From an uncultured Rhodospirillaceae bacterium (GTDB lineage Bacteria; Pseudomonadota; Alphaproteobacteria; MPNO01), in the NCBI GenBank assembly GCA_937916005.1, contig CALGIA010000111.1:1-59177 (forward strand): 59,177 nt of DNA, given 5' to 3'. Position numbers and translations under genes: made by a program. Position 1 is the stretch's first letter; every line of letters begins with the position of its first letter. Shown piece after piece: positions 1 to 11,084 of this stretch. The notes below the pieces were generated by a model, which was not told where the DNA came from, ran no database searches, and saw only the letters and a list, made by a program, of their open reading frames with translations.

Positions 1-53
<53 letters not shown>

Positions 54-205
54 TTAAGTCTCTATTTCCCGCGCATCGTCTGAGGCCCGCCCGGTTCGGC
101 GACATTACCGAAACACGGCTGTCCGGCGCAAGCAGCTTTGCATGCAAACAGGTCGCGGATTGTCATTCGGCGCGATCAACTCCGCCGGCGTCGCGCCGGG
201 CGTCA

Positions 206-610
206 TCAGGAGTCATCGGATTTTTTACTCCCAACCCGGACGATTACCCCGGAAACGTCATCGTCTTCGTCCAGATCCGACTCGTCATCGATAAGGGGAT
301 CGTCCCCATCGTCATCGTCATCGTCATCGACATCCAAATCCAAATCCAAATCCAGATCGTCGTCAGTCGAGGCCTTGGCCTTGGCCTTGGCTGCCGCTTC
401 AGCGGCTTCGACCTTCTTGGCGGCGTCGGCGGCAGCCACCGCAGCTGCGCGGCTCCGGCGCGGTCTGGTGACAGCGGCAGGATCAAATTTCACGTCACAT
501 TTTGGGCAGTTGATCGGATCGCGCTTCATGTCATAGAATCGCGCACCGCAACCTAGGCAAATTCGTTTTAGGCCCCATTCGGGTTTAGCCAACTCTTCCT
601 CCATCTGCAT
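206..610 (-). CDS. TIGR02300-type zinc-ribbon protein with acidic C-terminal tail (FYDLN_acid family)
   Basis: 134-aa ORF. The N-terminus CLGCGARFYDMKRDPINCPKC is a CxxC...CxxC ribbon with the FYD motif. It is followed by an Ala-rich linker and the tail DDDLDLDLDLDVDDDDDDDGDD. Confidence 0.8.
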   Translation of the reverse strand: MQMEEELAKPEWGLKRICLGCGARFYDMKRDPINCPKCDVKFDPAAVTRPRRSRAAAVAAADAAKKVEAAEAAAKAKAKASTDDDLDLDLDLDVDDDDDDDGDDPLIDDESDLDEDDDVSGVIVRVGSKKSDDS

Positions 611-770
611 GACGACGTCTGCGGGCAGCCAATGCCACTTTCACGGCGTTCTGTCAAAACCAAAATCATGAAAAACCGATTCAACCGATTGCAGTCTGCC
701 ATTTCCGGACAATATGACTATGTTATGAACGGTTTATGCGAGTGGAATATAAATTGAAGGATGTGACGGA

Positions 771-2117
771 GTGAGTGGGCTGAGTTCCAGGTCGGCGCGA
801 AACCTTGCCGGAGACATCCGGGCGCCGGGCGATAAATCCATTTCCCACCGTGCGCTGATGATCGGCGCAATGGCGGTCGGCGAAACCACGATTTCCGGTT
901 TGCTGGAAGGCGAAGACGTGCGCCGGACAGCCGCCGCGCTGGCTGCCATGGGTGTTGGAGTTTCCCAACAGGAAAGCGGCGTCTGGCGGGTCCAGGGCGT
1001 CGGCGTGGGCGGGCTCGCCGAACCCGCCAGCGTGCTTGATATGGGAAATTCGGGGACCGGCGCGCGGTTGCTTATGGGCATGCTCGCGACCCATCCCTTT
1101 ACCGTTCACATGACGGGCGATGAATCGCTGTGCCGCCGGCCCATGGGGCGGATCGCCGAGCCCATAGAACGCATGGGCGCGCAGGTGATCGCGCGGGATG
1201 GGGGTCGTATGCCGCTGGCGGTTCGGGGCGCGGCGGATCCCGTGCCGATCATCTATCAGCCGCCGGTCGCATCGGCGCAGATCAAATCGGCAGTTCTGCT
1301 GGCTGGGCTCAACACGCCGGGCCAGACCACGGTGATCGAGCCCCGGCCAAGCCGCGATCATACGGAATTGATGCTGCGTCATTTCGGGGCGGAGCTCGAG
1401 ATCGACGAGGGGTCGGACGGTTCGCGCCGGATCACGCTGACCGGTCAGCCCGAGCTTTCGGCCCGCGACGTGACCGTTCCGGGCGATCCGTCATCGGCGG
1501 CATTTCCGGGCGTCGCCGCATTGCTGGTCCCCGGATCGGTCGTCACTATTCGGGGCGTCGGGCTCAATCCCCTGCGGGCCGGGCTGTTCGCGACACTGAT
1601 CGACATGGGCGCCGATATCACCATCGGCGCGCAGCGTATCGAAGCCGGCGAACCGGTCGGTGATCTGACGTTCCGGGGTGGTGCGCCAGGTTCGCTCAGG
1701 GGGATCGATGTGCCGGCATCGCGCGCGCCATCGATGATCGACGAATATCCCATTCTGGCCGTCGCCGCCGCTTTTGCCACGGGGACCACCCGGATGCACG
1801 GTCTGGCCGAATTGCGGGTCAAGGAAAGCGACAGGTTGGCGGCTATCGCGCGGGGGCTGTCATTATGCGGCGTAAAATGCGCCATAGAACAGGACAGTCT
1901 GGTCGTGGAAGGAAATGGGCAAAAGCCGCCCGGCGGCGCGCTTGTGGCCGCTGAGCTCGATCACCGTATCGCCATGTCGTTCCTGGTTCTGGGGATTGCC
2001 GCGGAACGGCCGGTGGAAATCGATGACGGTGAGACCATCGACACCAGCTTTCCGGATTTTGCCGGGCTGATGAACGGTCTCGGCGCATCCATTACAGAGG
2101 TGGGCGGCAATGCCTGA
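771..2117 (+). CDS. aroA: 3-phosphoshikimate 1-carboxyvinyltransferase (EPSP synthase)
   Basis: 448-aa ORF with GTG start and N-terminal [12 protein letters not shown] and LEGEDV motifs. Full EPSP synthase length. 8-nt overlap with cmk. Confidence 0.95.
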   Translation: MSGLSSRSARNLAGDIRAPGDKSISHRALMIGAMAVGETTISGLLEGEDVRRTAAALAAMGVGVSQQESGVWRVQGVGVGGLAEPASVLDMGNSGTGARLLMGMLATHPFTVHMTGDESLCRRPMGRIAEPIERMGAQVIARDGGRMPLAVRGAADPVPIIYQPPVASAQIKSAVLLAGLNTPGQTTVIEPRPSRDHTELMLRHFGAELEIDEGSDGSRRITLTGQPELSARDVTVPGDPSSAAFPGVAALLVPGSVVTIRGVGLNPLRAGLFATLIDMGADITIGAQRIEAGEPVGDLTFRGGAPGSLRGIDVPASRAPSMIDEYPILAVAAAFATGTTRMHGLAELRVKESDRLAAIARGLSLCGVKCAIEQDSLVVEGNGQKPPGGALVAAELDHRIAMSFLVLGIAAERPVEIDDGETIDTSFPDFAGLMNGLGASITEVGGNA

Positions 2118-2772
2118 CGCGCCGGTAATCGTCGCGCTCGACGGTCCGGCGGCCTCGGGCAAAGGCACACTCGGCCGGCGGCTCGCGTCCCATTTCGGAT
2201 ATGCCTATCTGGATAGTGGCCTGCTGTACAGAGCGGTCGGATGGCGGATGCTCAGAGAGGGGAAGGACCCTGAAGACGCCGCCGCAGCGGCAATAATCGC
2301 GGCTGAGCTTGGGGAAAATGATCTGAAATCCGCCGAATTGCGCGAAGACCGGGTCGCCAACGCGGCCACAATTGTCGCCGCGCACCCCGATGTTCGCCAG
2401 GCATTGGTCGGATATCAACGGGGTTTCGCCGCCAAGCCGCCGCAGGGCGCCCCGGGGGCGGTAATCGACGGCCGCGACATCGGAACCGTCATTTGCCCAG
2501 ATGCGGACTGTAAGATTTTCGTCGATGCCAGCGTTGAGGTCCGGGCCATGCGGCGGCTTAAAGAGTTGCAGGATCGGGGGGTTGAGAGTATATATCCGCG
2601 CGTTCTGCGAGATATGGAAGAACGAGACGCACGGGATCGAAACCGCCCGGTGGCGCCGTTAATCCCGGCCGACGACGCATTTAAGCTCGATACCACGGAC
2701 TTGGATGCGGATGCGGCATTTGAATTAGCGGCGGCTTTCATTGCTGCGCGGAACAAGCCGGACAAAAGCTGA
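2110..2772 (+). CDS. cmk: (d)CMP kinase (cytidylate kinase)
   Basis: 220-aa ORF with P-loop [14 protein letters not shown] and motifs YLDSGLLYR and GRDIGTV. Conserved aroA-cmk-rpsA order. Confidence 0.93.
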   Translation: MPDAPVIVALDGPAASGKGTLGRRLASHFGYAYLDSGLLYRAVGWRMLREGKDPEDAAAAAIIAAELGENDLKSAELREDRVANAATIVAAHPDVRQALVGYQRGFAAKPPQGAPGAVIDGRDIGTVICPDADCKIFVDASVEVRAMRRLKELQDRGVESIYPRVLRDMEERDARDRNRPVAPLIPADDAFKLDTTDLDADAAFELAAAFIAARNKPDKS

Positions 2773-2913
2773 GACCTGCCAGTGGCGTTTAATGGCCACG
2801 TAGCGGGAGCTCGGATTTTGTCTTTATTGTAACTCTAGACCGGACCCTGGGACGCGAGACAAAGGAAAACAACCGCCGGAACCAGGACCCCGGATTAAAA
2901 TTGGGAAACTTGA

Positions 2914-4704
2914 ATGTCGAACGAAACCGCAACCGCGCCTGAAGAAGACTTCGCCAGCATGGAAAATTTCGCCGCACTATTGGATGAAAGTTTCAGCGAA
3001 GGGAAACTGACCGAAGGATCGGTTATCAAGGGCACGGTTATTGCCGTCGACGGCGACGCCGTTCTGATCGATGTCGGATTGAAATCCGAAGGACGGGTGG
3101 CGCTGAGGGAATTCTCTGTACCGGGTCAACCCGCGGAGATCAAATCCGGCGACATCGTCGATGTTTATCTCGAGCGGATGGAAGACAAAAACGGCGAGGC
3201 CGTGCTCAGCCGTGAGCGCGCCCGGCGTGAGGAAGCCTGGACGCTGCTGGAAAACGCCTTCAATGAAAATGAACGCGTGACCGGCAATATATTTGGTCGG
3301 GTCAAGGGCGGGTTCACCGTTGATCTTTCCGGAGCCGTCGCCTTTCTGCCGGGCAGCCAGGTCGATGTTCGCCCGGTTCGCGATATCGGCCCGCTTATGG
3401 GTTCGCCGCAGCCGTTCCAAATTCTGAAGATGGACCGCCGACGCGGCAATATCGTGGTTTCGCGCCGCGCTGTGCTCGAAGAATCCCGCACCGAACAGCG
3501 CAACGAGCTTCTGGCCAACCTCAAGGAACGCCAGGTTCTCGAGGGCGTGGTCAAGAATATCACCGATTACGGTGCCTTTGTGGATCTTGGCGGCGTCGAT
3601 GGCCTGCTGCATGTGACCGATATTGCTTGGCGTCGCATCAACCATCCGAGCGAAGCTCTCACCATCGGCCAGAACGTTAACGTACAGGTCATCCGCTACA
3701 ATCCGGAAACCCAGCGGATCTCTCTCGGCATGAAGCAGCTTGAGGCCGACCCCTGGGATGGCGTGGACACCAAATTCCCGGTGGGCGCCAAATTTACCGG
3801 CCGGGTCAGCAACATCACCGATTACGGCGCGTTTGTCGAACTTGAGCCCGGCGTTGAAGGGCTGGTCCATGTCTCTGAAATGAGCTGGACCAAAAAGAAC
3901 ATTCACCCCGGTAAGATTGTTTCGACCAGTCAAGAGGTCGAGGTGATGGTGCTTGAGGTTGATCCCAACAAGCGGCGGATCAGCCTGGGGCTGAAACAGT
4001 GCAAGGACAACCCGTGGGAGTCCTTCGTCGATCTCTTCCCGGTCGGCACCATACTCGAAGGCGAGATCAAGAATATCACCGAATTTGGCCTGTTTGTCGG
4101 GCTCGACGGCGATATCGACGGCATGGTCCATTTGTCCGATATCGACTGGAAGCTTTCCGGCGACGACGCGGTCAAGAATTTCAACAAGGGCGATGTCGTC
4201 AAGGTCAAGGTCCTGGATGTGGACACCAGCAAGGAACGCATCAGCCTGGGCATCAAGCAGCTTGACGAAGATCCGTTCGAAGGAACGATGGACAACATCA
4301 AGCGTGGCGATACGGTGACCTGCACGATCACGAATGTGGTCGAAGGCGGGCTTGAAGTTACGGTCGGGGACGGGCTTCCGGGCTTTATCCGCCGGACCGA
4401 TCTTTCCCGCGAACGCAGCGAACAGCGCCCTGATCGGTTTTCCGTCGGCGACCGGCTGGATGCACGCGTGACCAGCTTCGATCGCAAGGAGCGCAAGGTT
4501 TCGCTGTCGGTCAAGGCCCAGGACGCGGCTGAAGAGAAGCAGGCAATGGCCGAATACGGGTCATCTGATTCGGGCGCGAGTCTCGGAGATATTCTGGGTG
4601 CCGCGCTCAACCGGGCCAATGAGGAACGGGGCAGCGCCGATGGGCCGAAAGACAGCGCTCCGGAAGCCGAGGCCGTCGATGAAGAAGACAAGAAAGACGA
4701 TTGA
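2914..4704 (+). CDS. rpsA: 30S ribosomal protein S1
   Basis: 596-aa ORF with six recurrent S1 repeats (ITDYGAFVDLGG/GLLHVTD, ITDYGAFVELEPG/GLVHVSE, ITEFGLFVGL/GMVHLSD and others) and an acidic C-terminal tail. Confidence 0.96.
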   Translation: MSNETATAPEEDFASMENFAALLDESFSEGKLTEGSVIKGTVIAVDGDAVLIDVGLKSEGRVALREFSVPGQPAEIKSGDIVDVYLERMEDKNGEAVLSRERARREEAWTLLENAFNENERVTGNIFGRVKGGFTVDLSGAVAFLPGSQVDVRPVRDIGPLMGSPQPFQILKMDRRRGNIVVSRRAVLEESRTEQRNELLANLKERQVLEGVVKNITDYGAFVDLGGVDGLLHVTDIAWRRINHPSEALTIGQNVNVQVIRYNPETQRISLGMKQLEADPWDGVDTKFPVGAKFTGRVSNITDYGAFVELEPGVEGLVHVSEMSWTKKNIHPGKIVSTSQEVEVMVLEVDPNKRRISLGLKQCKDNPWESFVDLFPVGTILEGEIKNITEFGLFVGLDGDIDGMVHLSDIDWKLSGDDAVKNFNKGDVVKVKVLDVDTSKERISLGIKQLDEDPFEGTMDNIKRGDTVTCTITNVVEGGLEVTVGDGLPGFIRRTDLSRERSEQRPDRFSVGDRLDARVTSFDRKERKVSLSVKAQDAAEEKQAMAEYGSSDSGASLGDILGAALNRANEERGSADGPKDSAPEAEAVDEEDKKDD

Positions 4705-4756
4705 TCCGGAACGCACCCCGAGATGATCGGGTCGCAAATATTGGCGGTCTAATCTC

Positions 4757-5668
4757 ATGGCGCTGGATGCGGATTATCTAGTCGACAGGCGGCGCTTGAA
4801 GCGCCGCCTGTTTCTGTGGCGCAGCCTGGCCATCGTCGCCCTGGTCGTCGGGGTTGCGGCGGGGATCGGGCGTTTTGCCGGTTTCCCCCATTCTGATTAT
4901 ATTGCGCGGCTGAACGTCGCGGGCGTCATCGTTGATGATGCCAAACTGCGCCGGGCGCTGGGCGTCATTGCGCGCGATGGCAATGCCCGCGCCATGATTG
5001 TCCATATCAACAGCCCGGGCGGCACCGTGGTTGGCGGTGAAGCGCTCTATCATGAGATCCGCAAGGTCGCCGAACGCAAGCCGGTCATCGCCGTCATGGG
5101 AGAACTCGCCACCTCGGCCGGCTATATGGTTGCGCTGGCCGGAAACCGGATTATCGCCCGCAACGGAACCATCACCGGGTCGATCGGCGTGATCATGCAG
5201 ACCACGGAGGTCTCCGGGCTGCTTAACAAGCTCGGCATCAATACGGAGGCGGTCAAAAGCGGGCCGCTCAAGGCGGCGCCCTCGCCGTTTGAGCCCATGA
5301 CCCCAGCCGTGCGCCGGGTCGCGCAGTCGCTGGTCGATGATATGTTCGAGATGTTCGTGGATCTGGTGGCGAAACGCCGCAACATGTCCCCGGGGGATGC
5401 GTTGGCGCTCGCCGATGGTCGGGTCTATACGGGTCGACTCGCGGTCGAGAAAAAGCTGATCGATGGCATCGGCGGCGAGGGTGAGGCGGTCGACTGGCTC
5501 GAAAAACAATCTAACCTTCCGCCCGGACTACCACTACGCGATGTCCACATCGACAGGAACGTCACCGAATGGATCGATTATTTTGGTTCAATGGGCCGAA
5601 AAGCGGTTTTTTCTGAAAGACTTACCCTTGACGGGCTGATTTCCGTCTGGCACCCTGATTTGCGTTAG
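4757..5668 (+). CDS. sppA: signal peptide peptidase SppA (36K type)
   Basis: 303-aa ORF. An N-terminal TM helix is followed by a ClpP/crotonase-like peptidase core ([25 protein letters not shown]). Confidence 0.85.
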   Translation: MALDADYLVDRRRLKRRLFLWRSLAIVALVVGVAAGIGRFAGFPHSDYIARLNVAGVIVDDAKLRRALGVIARDGNARAMIVHINSPGGTVVGGEALYHEIRKVAERKPVIAVMGELATSAGYMVALAGNRIIARNGTITGSIGVIMQTTEVSGLLNKLGINTEAVKSGPLKAAPSPFEPMTPAVRRVAQSLVDDMFEMFVDLVAKRRNMSPGDALALADGRVYTGRLAVEKKLIDGIGGEGEAVDWLEKQSNLPPGLPLRDVHIDRNVTEWIDYFGSMGRKAVFSERLTLDGLISVWHPDLR

Positions 5669-5801
5669 GGTCGTAATTCGGCGTTTGGAAATAATAAGTC
5701 AAGCATTGGAATATGAACCCGAGCCGTGCGGAGGGGACGATAACTGGCTGGCGATACTGACCAGCAGCCGCATTGGAAAAACAACAAACGGGCGGCGTTC
5801 G

Positions 5802-6086
5802 ATGACGAAATCCGAACTCATTCAGCGGTTGGCTGAACAGAATCCGCATTTGTACCAGCGGGACGTGGAGCGAATCGTCGCGACTATTTTCGATGAGATT
5901 TCTTCAGCACTGGCGGAGGGCGATCGGGTCGAGCTGCGCGGCTTTGGCGCCTTTTCCGTTAAGGCGCGGGATGCCCGCGTGGGGCGCAACCCGCGTACCG
6001 GCGAGGCAGTCAACGTATCTAAAAAATACGTTCCGTTCTTCAAGGCCGGCAAGGATCTCCGTGATCGGCTGAACGACAACGATTAA
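5802..6086 (+). CDS. ihfB: integration host factor subunit beta
   Basis: The ORF track begins at 5685. The conserved IHF/HU sequence starts at ATG 5802 ([17 protein letters not shown]...[26 protein letters not shown]). Confidence 0.9.
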   Translation: MTKSELIQRLAEQNPHLYQRDVERIVATIFDEISSALAEGDRVELRGFGAFSVKARDARVGRNPRTGEAVNVSKKYVPFFKAGKDLRDRLNDND

Positions 6087-6175
6087 TCCGCTGTTCGGTC
6101 GGCTTCCGGCATCCGTCCGTCCTGTCGTAAAATCCGTGCCCGGCTTATCCAAATTTGGTATAATCGTCGGCAACC

Positions 6176-6544
6176 ATGAAAATTCTCGGAAAAATCATAT
6201 TCCTGCCCGTTGCGATCGCCGTTGTGTTGTTCGCGATCGCCAACCGTCATGAAGTCGGAATCGATTTCTGGCCCCTGCCGTTTGACGCCAAAACCCCGCT
6301 CTATGTGGCGCTGCTCGGCGCGTTGGCGCTGGGCATCTTGATCGGCGCGGCCGCGTCCTCGGTGTCGGTCGGCAAATGGTGGCTGCGCGCGCGCGCCAAT
6401 GCGCGCCGAAAGCCGGCGGCCCCCGGCAGCTCGGAACTCATGCACGGCCCTGTATCCGGCAATGCCGGTTATCCCGGACCAACGCTTACCCAGCCACATT
6501 CGAGCCTGCCCGCTGTACGCCGTGCGGCATCCGGCGACGATTGA
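6176..6544 (+). CDS. LapA/DUF1049-family inner-membrane protein
   Basis: 122-aa ORF with two predicted TM helices (IIFLPVAIAVVLFAIANRH; LYVALLGALALGILIGAA), then a basic stretch WWLRARANARRK. It follows ihfB, as is usual in alphaproteobacteria. Confidence 0.7.
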   Translation: MKILGKIIFLPVAIAVVLFAIANRHEVGIDFWPLPFDAKTPLYVALLGALALGILIGAAASSVSVGKWWLRARANARRKPAAPGSSELMHGPVSGNAGYPGPTLTQPHSSLPAVRRAASGDD

Positions 6545-6682
6545 TAACAACGGGCGAAATCACGCTGTTTGGATCCGGGTTGAAATCCGGTGGCGCGCCA
6601 ATCGAAAATCGCGCAGCCGCCGAGCTTGCGCTCGAACGCGCCGCCATTTAAGTACGGTCACATCATTGATGCGAAAAAGAAT

Positions 6683-7387
6683 ATGACCGCTGAAAAAATA
6701 TTTTGCGCCGTCGATACCACCGATCTTGACGCCGCCCTGGCGCTGGCCGAATTGCTCAGCGGCGAGGTTGGCGGGTTGAAGCTCGGCAAGGAGTTCTTTA
6801 CCGCACACGGGCCCGACGGGGTCGCGCAGGTCGCCGCGACCGGGCACAGGATATTTCTGGACCTCAAATATCACGATATCCCGAATACGGTGGCCGGGGC
6901 CGTGCGCGCCGCGGCCGGGCTTGGGGTGCATATGTTGACCATCCACGCCTCCGGCGGCGCGGCCATGATGCGCGCTGCGGCCGACGCCGCGCGTGACGCA
7001 GGCGAGTTGGGTGAAGCGCGCCCCATGATCCTGGCGGTCACCGTGTTGACCAGCCTGGATGAGGAAGATTTGGCGGCTGTCGGCCAGATCGGTCCGATTG
7101 CCGCACAGGTGTCCCGCCTTGCGGGGCTGGCCAAATCTGCCGGGGTCGATGGCGCAGTTTGTTCGCCGCTCGAAATAGCGGCGCTGAAATCGTCGCTGGG
7201 CGCAGATTTTGCGCTGGTGGTTCCGGGGGTCCGTCCCGATTGGGCTGGCGCCGATGACCAGAAACGCGTCATGACGCCCGGCGATGCGGTGTCGGCGGGC
7301 GCCGATTTTCTGGTGATCGGCCGCCCGATCACGCGGGCCGACGACCCTGTATCGGCGGCCCGGCGCATCGCCGATGAGCTGTCTTGA
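6683..7387 (+). CDS. pyrF: orotidine 5'-phosphate decarboxylase
   Basis: Conserved sequence starts at ATG 6683 (MTAEKIFCAVDT...). Motifs GGLKLGKEFF and FLDLKYHDIPNTV. The ORF-track start at 6590 is probably too early. Confidence 0.9.
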   Translation: MTAEKIFCAVDTTDLDAALALAELLSGEVGGLKLGKEFFTAHGPDGVAQVAATGHRIFLDLKYHDIPNTVAGAVRAAAGLGVHMLTIHASGGAAMMRAAADAARDAGELGEARPMILAVTVLTSLDEEDLAAVGQIGPIAAQVSRLAGLAKSAGVDGAVCSPLEIAALKSSLGADFALVVPGVRPDWAGADDQKRVMTPGDAVSAGADFLVIGRPITRADDPVSAARRIADELS

Positions 7388-8034
7388 TGGCGGTCGCGGC
7401 CAAGATCTGCGGCATCAATTCCACCGATGCGCTTGACGCCGCGGTTACGGGCGGCGCGCAATTTATCGGGTTGGTGTTCTTTCCCCGATCGCCCCGGAAC
7501 CTGACCCCGGAACAGGCCGGCGCGCTGGCCGCCCTTGTGCCGGCCGAAATTACCGTGGTCGGGCTGCTGGTCGATCCGGATGATGCGACCCTGGCGGACA
7601 TCGCGGCCAAATCGCGGATCGATCTGTGGCAGCTTCACGGCAAGGAAACCCCGGAACGGGTGGTCCGGATCAAGCAGCATACGGGCAAGCCGGTGATGAA
7701 GGCGATCAGTGTCGCCGGGCCCGAAGACGTCGCGTCGGCCGAGGCTTATATCGGCGTCGCCGACCGGCTTTTGTTCGACGCCAAACCGCCGGCGGATCTG
7801 AAGGACGCCATGCCGGGCGGAAATGCGCTGGCCTTCGATTGGGAATTGCTCGGTGGCTGGTCCTGGCCGTGCCCCTGGATGCTGTCGGGCGGGCTCGATC
7901 CGGACAACGTCACCCAGGCCGTCGCCATTTCCGGCGCAAAGGCGGTCGACGTGTCGTCGGGGGTTGAAAGCGCGCCCGGGGTCAAGGATCCGGACCGCAT
8001 CCGGGCGTTTCTAAATCGGGTCGCGGCGTTGTAG
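7387..8034 (+). CDS. trpF: phosphoribosylanthranilate isomerase
   Basis: About 215 aa, with KICGI and FIGLVFFPRSPR motifs. ATG 7387 overlaps the pyrF TGA by 1 nt (TGATG). An alternative TTG start lies at 7384. Confidence 0.9.
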   Translation: MAVAAKICGINSTDALDAAVTGGAQFIGLVFFPRSPRNLTPEQAGALAALVPAEITVVGLLVDPDDATLADIAAKSRIDLWQLHGKETPERVVRIKQHTGKPVMKAISVAGPEDVASAEAYIGVADRLLFDAKPPADLKDAMPGGNALAFDWELLGGWSWPCPWMLSGGLDPDNVTQAVAISGAKAVDVSSGVESAPGVKDPDRIRAFLNRVAAL

Positions 8035-8043
8035 ATTGGGCGA

Positions 8044-9258
8044 ATGATGGAACAACCTAATAGTTTCCGCGCCGGCCCGGATGAAAATGGCCGATTTGGC
8101 ATTTACGGCGGGCGTTTTGTCGCCGAAACCCTGATGCCGTTGATCAAGGATGTGGAGAGCGCCTATGAGGCCGCGCGCATCGACCCGGATTTTATCGCCA
8201 AACTGGATTATTACCTGAAATACTACGTCGGACGGCCGAGCCCGCTCTATTTTGCCGAACGGATGACCGAACATCTCGGCGGCGCAAAAATCTATTTCAA
8301 GCGCGACGAGCTGAACCATACCGGCGCGCACAAGATCAACAACACCATGGGTCAAATCCTGCTGGCCAAGCGCATGGGCAAGAAACGCATCATCGCGGAA
8401 ACCGGGGCCGGGCAGCACGGCGTTGCGACCGCGACCGTGTGCGCGCTGTTCGACCTGCCCTGCGTTGTCTATATGGGCGCGACCGATATCCAACGTCAGG
8501 CGCCCAACGTGTTCCGTATGAAGCTGCTGGGCGCGGAGGTGGTGCCGGTGACGTCCGGGTCGGCGACGTTGAAGGACGCGATGAATGAAACCCTGCGCGA
8601 TTGGGTTGCCCATGTGGATGATACATTCTACATCATCGGCACGGTCGCCGGACCGCACCCTTATCCGGCCATGGTGCGCGACTTCCAGTCGGTCATCGGC
8701 ACGGAAGTGCGCCAGCAGATACTGGAACTGGAAGGCCGGCTGCCCAATTCTCTGGTCGCATGTATCGGCGGCGGGTCGAATGCCATGGGCCTGTTCCACC
8801 CGTTCCTGGATGAGGCCTCGGTGGATATTTTCGCGGTGGAAGCCGCCGGCGAAGGGATCGAAACCGGCCGCCATGCGGCATCGCTCAGCGCGGGCAGACC
8901 GGGCGTCCTGCATGGCAACCGGACCTATCTGCTGCAGGACGATGACGGCCAGATCACGGAAGCCCATTCGATTTCCGCCGGGCTCGATTATCCCGGCATC
9001 GGCCCGGAACATTCCTGGCTGCATGATGTGGGCCGGGTCAATTATGTATCCGCAACGGACCAGGAGGCGCTCGACGCGTTCCAGCTCTGCAGCCGGATCG
9101 AGGGCATCATCCCTGCCCTGGAACCGGCCCATGCGCTGGCCCATGTAATGCGGGTGGCCGGCGATCTGCCGGCTGACCATCTTCTGGTGATGAATATGTG
9201 CGGCCGGGGCGACAAAGATGTCTTTACCGTCGCCGAAGCGCTCGGGGTGACGTTGTGA
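8044..9258 (+). CDS. trpB: tryptophan synthase beta chain
   Basis: 404-aa ORF with the PLP-lysine motif HTGAHKINN and GGGSNAMG. Confidence 0.97.
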   Translation: MMEQPNSFRAGPDENGRFGIYGGRFVAETLMPLIKDVESAYEAARIDPDFIAKLDYYLKYYVGRPSPLYFAERMTEHLGGAKIYFKRDELNHTGAHKINNTMGQILLAKRMGKKRIIAETGAGQHGVATATVCALFDLPCVVYMGATDIQRQAPNVFRMKLLGAEVVPVTSGSATLKDAMNETLRDWVAHVDDTFYIIGTVAGPHPYPAMVRDFQSVIGTEVRQQILELEGRLPNSLVACIGGGSNAMGLFHPFLDEASVDIFAVEAAGEGIETGRHAASLSAGRPGVLHGNRTYLLQDDDGQITEAHSISAGLDYPGIGPEHSWLHDVGRVNYVSATDQEALDAFQLCSRIEGIIPALEPAHALAHVMRVAGDLPADHLLVMNMCGRGDKDVFTVAEALGVTL

Positions 9259-10103
9259 GCGGTGCGCAAGGCCGTATCGGGCGTCGCTTCGCCGCGCTGA
9301 AGAAAGCCAATCGGGCCGGCCTGGTAACCTTTGTGATGTCGGGCGATCCGGATTTAGATACCTCCCACGCCATTCTCGACGGGTTGACCGACGCCGGCGC
9401 CGATATCATCGAGCTGGGCATGCCGTTTAGCGATCCCATGGCCGACGGGCCGGCCATCCAGGCGGGCGGGCAGCGGGCGTTGAAAAATGGTCAGAATTTG
9501 AAAAGAACCCTCGCCATGGTCGAGGAGTTCCGCGCCGCCGATGACGAAACCCCGATCGTGCTGATGGGCTATTTCAACCCGATTTGCCAATATGGCGTGG
9601 CGGCATTCGTCGCCGATGCATACAAAATGGGGGTCGACGGGTTGATCGTGGTCGATACGCCGCTGGAGGAAGACGATGAGCTGCGCGTTCCCGCCGAAGC
9701 GGCCGGGCTCGACTTTATCCGCATGGTCACGCCGGCGACCGGGGATGCCCGGATCGGCGAGCTTGTATCGGGCGCGCGCGGGTTTATCTATTATGTGTCG
9801 GTGACCGGCATTACGGGCGCCGGGTCGGCGCTGATCGACGATATCGCGGCGGGGGTCGAGCGGGTGAGACGGGCAACCGATTTGCCGGTTGCGGTCGGAT
9901 TCGGCGTCCGTACCCCGGACCAGGGGGCCGAGATCGCGCGGGTTGCCGACGGGGTCGTGATCGGCTCTGCGATTGTCGATATCGTCGCCCAGGGTGTCGA
10001 TCAGGGCGTCCATCGGGATGGCGGCCCGGCAACGGGGCTCGCCGACGACGTGTTGGGTTTTGTGAAAGAGCTTTCCGCCGGCGTCATAAACGCGCGGAAA
10101 TAG
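9255..10103 (+). CDS. trpA: tryptophan synthase alpha chain
   Basis: GTG 9255 overlaps the trpB stop (GTGA). Motifs [14 protein letters not shown] and [10 protein letters not shown]. The ORF-track start at 9198 lies inside trpB. Confidence 0.93.
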   Translation: MSGAQGRIGRRFAALKKANRAGLVTFVMSGDPDLDTSHAILDGLTDAGADIIELGMPFSDPMADGPAIQAGGQRALKNGQNLKRTLAMVEEFRAADDETPIVLMGYFNPICQYGVAAFVADAYKMGVDGLIVVDTPLEEDDELRVPAEAAGLDFIRMVTPATGDARIGELVSGARGFIYYVSVTGITGAGSALIDDIAAGVERVRRATDLPVAVGFGVRTPDQGAEIARVADGVVIGSAIVDIVAQGVDQGVHRDGGPATGLADDVLGFVKELSAGVINARK

Positions 10104-10126
10104 ACGGGTAACGGGGTGCCGCATCA

Positions 10127-11038
10127 ATGAGTTGGCTGACGAATATTCCGCCCAAGATCCGGGCCCTGGTGAGCAAGCCGGATGTGCCGGATAATCTGTG
10201 GCAGAAATGCCCTGCTTGCGAGCAGATGATATTCCATCGCGAGCTCGACGCCAATCTGCAGGTCTGCCCGGGCTGCGGCCACCACATGCGGCTGTCCGCC
10301 GAGACGCGTTTGAAGACCGTGTTCGATGAGGATAGCTGGGAAAAGCTCGAACTGCCAAAGGTGGTCAGCGATCCACTGAAATTCCGCGACCGCAAGCGCT
10401 ATTCGGACCGCCTGAAAGAAACGAGATCATCGACCGGCGAAACCGATGCCATCATGGCCGCGGAAGGAAAAATCGGCGGCATGGGCGCGGTTGTGGCGGT
10501 ATTCAATTTCGCCTTCATGGGCGGGTCCATGGGTATCGCTGTCGGCGAAGGCATTCTGGTCGCTGCGCGGCGCGCGGTGGAAAAGGGCGTGCCGTTCCTG
10601 ATATTTCCATCCTCCGGCGGCGCGCGCATGCAGGAAGGCATCCTGTCGCTGATGCAGATGCCGCGCACCACCATCGCGGTGCAGGAAGTCCGCGAAGCGG
10701 GCCTGCCCTATATCGTGGTGCTGACCGATCCCACCACCGGCGGGGTGACGGCGTCCTTCGCCATGTTGGGCGACATCGCCATCGCCGAGCCGGGCGCGGT
10801 GATTGGATTTGCCGGCGCCCGGGTGATCGAGGATACCATCCGGGAAAAACTGCCGGATGGTTTCCAGCGCGCCGAATATCTGTACGACCACGGCATGGTC
10901 GACATGGTGGTCAAACGCCATGACATGCGTGAGACATTGATCCGGATTATCGATCTGCTGGTGAACCGGCGAGAAAATTCGGCGGCATCGGCGCGGCTAC
11001 CGGCGCCCGAGGCGGCGGAGACCGGCCCTGCGGAGTGA
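10127..11038 (+). CDS. accD: acetyl-CoA carboxylase carboxyltransferase subunit beta
   Basis: 303-aa ORF with the N-terminal zinc ribbon [26 protein letters not shown] and a carboxyltransferase core (FMGGSMG). Confidence 0.95.
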   Translation: MSWLTNIPPKIRALVSKPDVPDNLWQKCPACEQMIFHRELDANLQVCPGCGHHMRLSAETRLKTVFDEDSWEKLELPKVVSDPLKFRDRKRYSDRLKETRSSTGETDAIMAAEGKIGGMGAVVAVFNFAFMGGSMGIAVGEGILVAARRAVEKGVPFLIFPSSGGARMQEGILSLMQMPRTTIAVQEVREAGLPYIVVLTDPTTGGVTASFAMLGDIAIAEPGAVIGFAGARVIEDTIREKLPDGFQRAEYLYDHGMVDMVVKRHDMRETLIRIIDLLVNRRENSAASARLPAPEAAETGPAE

Positions 11039-11084
11039 CGCCGTCCTTGATCGGCTGACCGGGCTTCATCCCAAGCTGATCGAT

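Noticed and set aside
138-536. 132-aa Ser-rich + strand ORF (SSSSSRSDSSSIRGSSPSSSSSSSTSKSKSKS)
   Set aside because: It is the antisense reading of the Asp/Leu/Ala low-complexity tail of the TIGR02300 gene on the - strand. The - strand ORF has a recognisable zinc-ribbon N-terminus, and this one has none.
8011-9180. 389-aa - strand ORF antisense to trpB
   Set aside because: trpB on the + strand is unmistakable (HTGAHKINN). The antisense product is Arg/Gly/His/Pro-rich with no motifs, a typical stop-codon-poor shadow frame in GC-rich DNA. The same reasoning applies to 9354-10358, 12175-13134, 13153-14334, 20327-21391, 28255-29229 and 42576-43577.
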